From assembly GCA_001464735.1 (NCBI GenBank), contig LNDU01000029.1, forward strand, positions 5,573 to 69,572: a stretch of 64,000 nucleotides of DNA, read 5' to 3'. This stretch comes from Nitrospira sp. Ga0074138 (GTDB lineage: Bacteria > Nitrospirota > Nitrospiria > Nitrospirales > Nitrospiraceae). Of the stretch, positions 61,329-64,000 are shown piece after piece. The first letter of the stretch is position 1. Each line of letters opens with the position of its first letter. Made by a program: the position numbers and the translations under genes. Below the pieces are notes generated by a model. It saw nothing but the letters and a program-made list of their open reading frames with translations. It was not told the DNA's origin and made no database searches.

Positions 61329-61528
61329 GGTATTTCCTCCTTATGTGAAGTGAAGGTGACTCTCTCACGGAGGAAAGAGAGTCACCGTACAGTTCACAGA
61401 GGAAACAGGAGGCAGAGGCCGGAACCGGCGGACCAAAGAGGGATAAGCAGCGGGAGTGACAGTCCTACTGGCGCCAGCGGTGCGCCTCGCAGGCGTAAGC
61501 CGGTCGGCCCTGCCGGAGGCGACCAGAA
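61179..61528. repeat. Direct repeat partner of 55021-55371, including the hairpin GGTGACTCTCT-N10-AGAGAGTCACC (61355-61386)
   Basis: Direct sequence comparison. Confidence 0.9.
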
Positions 61529-61766
61529 CTATTAAACGAGACAGGGAGGCGTATGAGAGGCCTCGCCTTAAAAGTTCGAAAGAAGGGGTTTTGACAAGTG
61601 CTCGCTATTGCAACGGTTTCCCCATTATCTGCTGCAATATTGAGAGGTTAGTGCCTTCCATTGATTCCATGCGTTCCCGTCTCTTTCCTTCCTTTCCTGC
61701 AGGGTTTTGTCACAAAATTCACCACAGGGTTAGTACGTATAAAAGGTGAGGGAGTGGGTTGGTGTT

Positions 61767-61853
61767 ATGGTTTTCACCGCTCTCTTCAACGCCGCGGCTG
61801 AATTCTGGATAAATCTGAAAAAGACGTATGAACTACGCCTTGCCAACAATTGA
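61767..61853 (+). pseudogene. HigA C-terminal remnant
   Basis: LFNAAAEFWINLKKTYELRLA matches FFNTTAEFWMNLQKTYELRLA of the HigA at 51380-51699. Confidence 0.7.
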
Positions 61854-62135
61854 CCTTCCCCCGATTTCATAGACACCTGTATCCTGCATAAGGAGGAGTG
61901 TAATGAGATGAATGGCATGATCACCAAGCCCCAACGGCGATACACGGAATCCTTAAAGAAGAGGCAGTCCGTTGGTCCGTGAGTCAGGGCAGCCTGTCTC
62001 CCAGGTGGCCCGGGACCATGGCATCGTGGACCATCTGCTCTACCGTTGGCGCGGCTACAGGGGACATCTCACATCGGGGATTTGTGGATAATCAAATCCT
62101 GGCTTGAGACTCCCTTTAGAGCGTTGACCCTCGGG

Positions 62136-62408
62136 TCACTCTGTTGACGAACGTTCTGGCACAATTGTGATCTTAACCCCCAGAAGGCTTGTCCCTATGA
62201 GAAACCCGTCACAAATCACGTCCCGACCCACATATTGCTCTAACTCTACGTCGCCAAAAACGGGGCCGGTCTTTCGACGCAGAATGTAACGACCGTTGTC
62301 GGTCTCCAGGAAGACCGCTTCACGTTCGCTCTTGCTGCCTTGGGCATAGAAGCCACGCGTCACACGACCTCTGACGCCCTTCACTGGAAGAGGCTGTGAT
62401 CCATTCAT
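62136..62408 (-). CDS. Small hypothetical protein (OB-fold-like) coupled to the C25 peptidase
   Basis: Starts 9 bp after the peptidase stop; VRGRV...SKSE...VFLET pattern. Confidence 0.6.
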   Translation of the reverse strand: MNGSQPLPVKGVRGRVTRGFYAQGSKSEREAVFLETDNGRYILRRKTGPVFGDVELEQYVGRDVICDGFLIGTSLLGVKITIVPERSSTE

Positions 62409-62417
62409 AGCTCTCGG

Positions 62418-63956
62418 TCACCGCTGATGATAGATCCGGTAGCCCACAATGCGTCCGTTTATTTCTTTGGCCACCACCGCGACTCCGCGTTTAACTTTGT
62501 CGATCTGACCGTCACGTGGCGTCCCTACCGTCACGAAGTAACGGGAAGGAGACGCCCCCACTTTCCCTGCTCCGCGCTTCGGAGCTGGTGCTCCCTTTAC
62601 CGCAAAGGCAGAGAACGACTGACTGGAGTCCAGCCCCGCTTGCTTGGCGATATTGGCGAGTGCTTGCTTTGTGACCGACGATACTTTTTGTACCGGCATC
62701 CGTTGAGACGCCGTGGGCTTGGTCTTTGACAGAAAGGCTCCAACCTCTCCGAGCTTCGCGCGTCGCTCAGCTCGAAAGAATCGCTCGGCCTGGCTGGTGT
62801 CCACCCCTTTCGGCACAGTCGTCGGCGTACTCCGCAACACCGGATGCAAGCTTGGATCGCCCAGCAAACAAAACTGCGCCAGCGTCTTCAAATCAACAGG
62901 ATCCATTTGGGCGGTACCCTGCACGAACTGCTGGCGCGCCGCCAGGGCCGCGCGTCCGAGCGAGGCACCCTCTAACACATTGAGCAAGAAATACTGGCAG
63001 ATCAGATCGGCTGCGCCATTGGAGTCCGCCGGACCATAGGCGATCGTGGTGCTACCCAAATACCCGTAGGCCCCTTGTCGCAGATAGCTCTGACAAATCG
63101 GCAGATCAATCCCCAGGGTCGTCGCATCGTATAATTCTGCCCCGTAGCAACACTCTACGGCTGCTACCGTCCCATCTACAATCTTTCCCTCGGTCGCCTT
63201 GGTCGTGAGCGCGGTGGGGTAGCTCTTTCCACGCTGACCCAAGAACTCCGGCGACGCCGGGCCTCCATGACAATTGATAAAGTGCGCACGGTTCTCCAGG
63301 CGGCCATGGGTTTTGTCAGGACCGGCAGGAGGAGCGAGGAGGAGGTCGGTCGCTTGGCCAAAAATATTGTTGAGACTTAAACGGGTGGAGCCTCGCCACT
63401 CCTCAGCTGACAGCCCAAAGTAGCCAGTATAAGTGTCCGGCTCCCGGCGTTGCGCAGTGGCTGCGGTTTTCAACAGTGCTACCAGATAAGACGGCTCGGC
63501 AGCACTCACCAGATCCGGCACCCGCCCTACCACACGCGTCGGGCCGACAAATCGGGCTGGGTCTCTGGCGTACGGAGCCTCACAGGCATACGGGACATCG
63601 CCCCACGCTCGTGTATCATCGTCACCATCCGTCGGATCATACACAGGGTTATCGAGATCCTGGTGAGGGACCACATCCGGCGCGCCAAGAATCATCAGGT
63701 AATCCGGAAGCAGTGCGGTGAAGACGGCGTCGATCGCCTGCTTATTTTCACGAGGGTCCGTTGCGTTCAGGACCGGCTTGCCACCCAACTTCTTCATGGT
63801 TTTGGCATCGTCGAGGTACACGACTCGGTTTTTCATACCTCGCTTTTTGTCTGCCGCTGATAAGGCACGCATGGTCTGGCGAATCTTTGCCGTTCCTTGA
63901 CGGCCATACTTTTTCATCAAGGCGCTGCGATTGGTGACGATCACCTTGTCATCCAT
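62418..63956 (-). CDS. C25/gingipain-like (caspase-haemoglobinase fold) cysteine peptidase
   Basis: YLMILGAPDVVP, VVGRVP, HFINCHGG and VECCYG (His-Gly/Cys dyad), GYLGSTTIAYG; no signal peptide; GAGAGGGGGAG RBS. Confidence 0.75.
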   Translation of the reverse strand: MDDKVIVTNRSALMKKYGRQGTAKIRQTMRALSAADKKRGMKNRVVYLDDAKTMKKLGGKPVLNATDPRENKQAIDAVFTALLPDYLMILGAPDVVPHQDLDNPVYDPTDGDDDTRAWGDVPYACEAPYARDPARFVGPTRVVGRVPDLVSAAEPSYLVALLKTAATAQRREPDTYTGYFGLSAEEWRGSTRLSLNNIFGQATDLLLAPPAGPDKTHGRLENRAHFINCHGGPASPEFLGQRGKSYPTALTTKATEGKIVDGTVAAVECCYGAELYDATTLGIDLPICQSYLRQGAYGYLGSTTIAYGPADSNGAADLICQYFLLNVLEGASLGRAALAARQQFVQGTAQMDPVDLKTLAQFCLLGDPSLHPVLRSTPTTVPKGVDTSQAERFFRAERRAKLGEVGAFLSKTKPTASQRMPVQKVSSVTKQALANIAKQAGLDSSQSFSAFAVKGAPAPKRGAGKVGASPSRYFVTVGTPRDGQIDKVKRGVAVVAKEINGRIVGYRIYHQR

Positions 63957-64000
63957 GGTCTCCCCCTCTCTTGATGTAGATGCTACCCTTCCTCATTTCG

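Noticed and set aside
1-64000. tRNA, rRNA, a full CRISPR array, cas genes or a reverse transcriptase
   Set aside because: None recognised by eye on either strand; covariance-model and HMM scans would be needed to exclude them formally.

Overview
64 kb of a ~57-60% GC bacterial chromosome. Gene content and paralogue families point to Nitrospira, which is an inference. The left part holds sdhCA, a four-gene REC/histidine-kinase/diguanylate-cyclase cluster downstream of a collapsed giant LEPR-XLL/DUF4347 adhesin gene with a sigma-54 promoter, lpxC, an HTH gene with a tiny Lys-rich sORF, suhB and an MNT-HEPN pair. From 16.9 to 28.1 kb, on the minus strand, is a decaying receptor/protease locus: TIR, trypsin, cadherin-like and FGE/C-lectin domains ending in a truncated avd gene below the ORF-track cutoff. 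This looks like a relic diversity-generating retroelement (DGR) whose RT and template repeat are missing from this window. The middle is housekeeping and oxidative stress (ParB-like, GDPD, PPK2, MscS, cytochrome c peroxidase, dps, oxyR, xth). From about 42.8 to 62 kb is a mosaic island punctuated by five co-oriented copies or relics of one small module (conserved upstream region, 81-aa putative ssDNA-binding gene, hairpin). Its cargo includes IS30 and integrase stubs, TA genes, a metallothionein, a YqcI/DUF1989 pair, an 1835-aa S8-vWA lipoprotein protease and a solitary type I-E CRISPR repeat that truncates one module copy. The window ends with a C25/caspase-fold peptidase and a small partner. 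Several frameshifts are 1-2 base losses in short homopolymers and could be assembly errors. All family assignments come from motif recognition, not from database searches.
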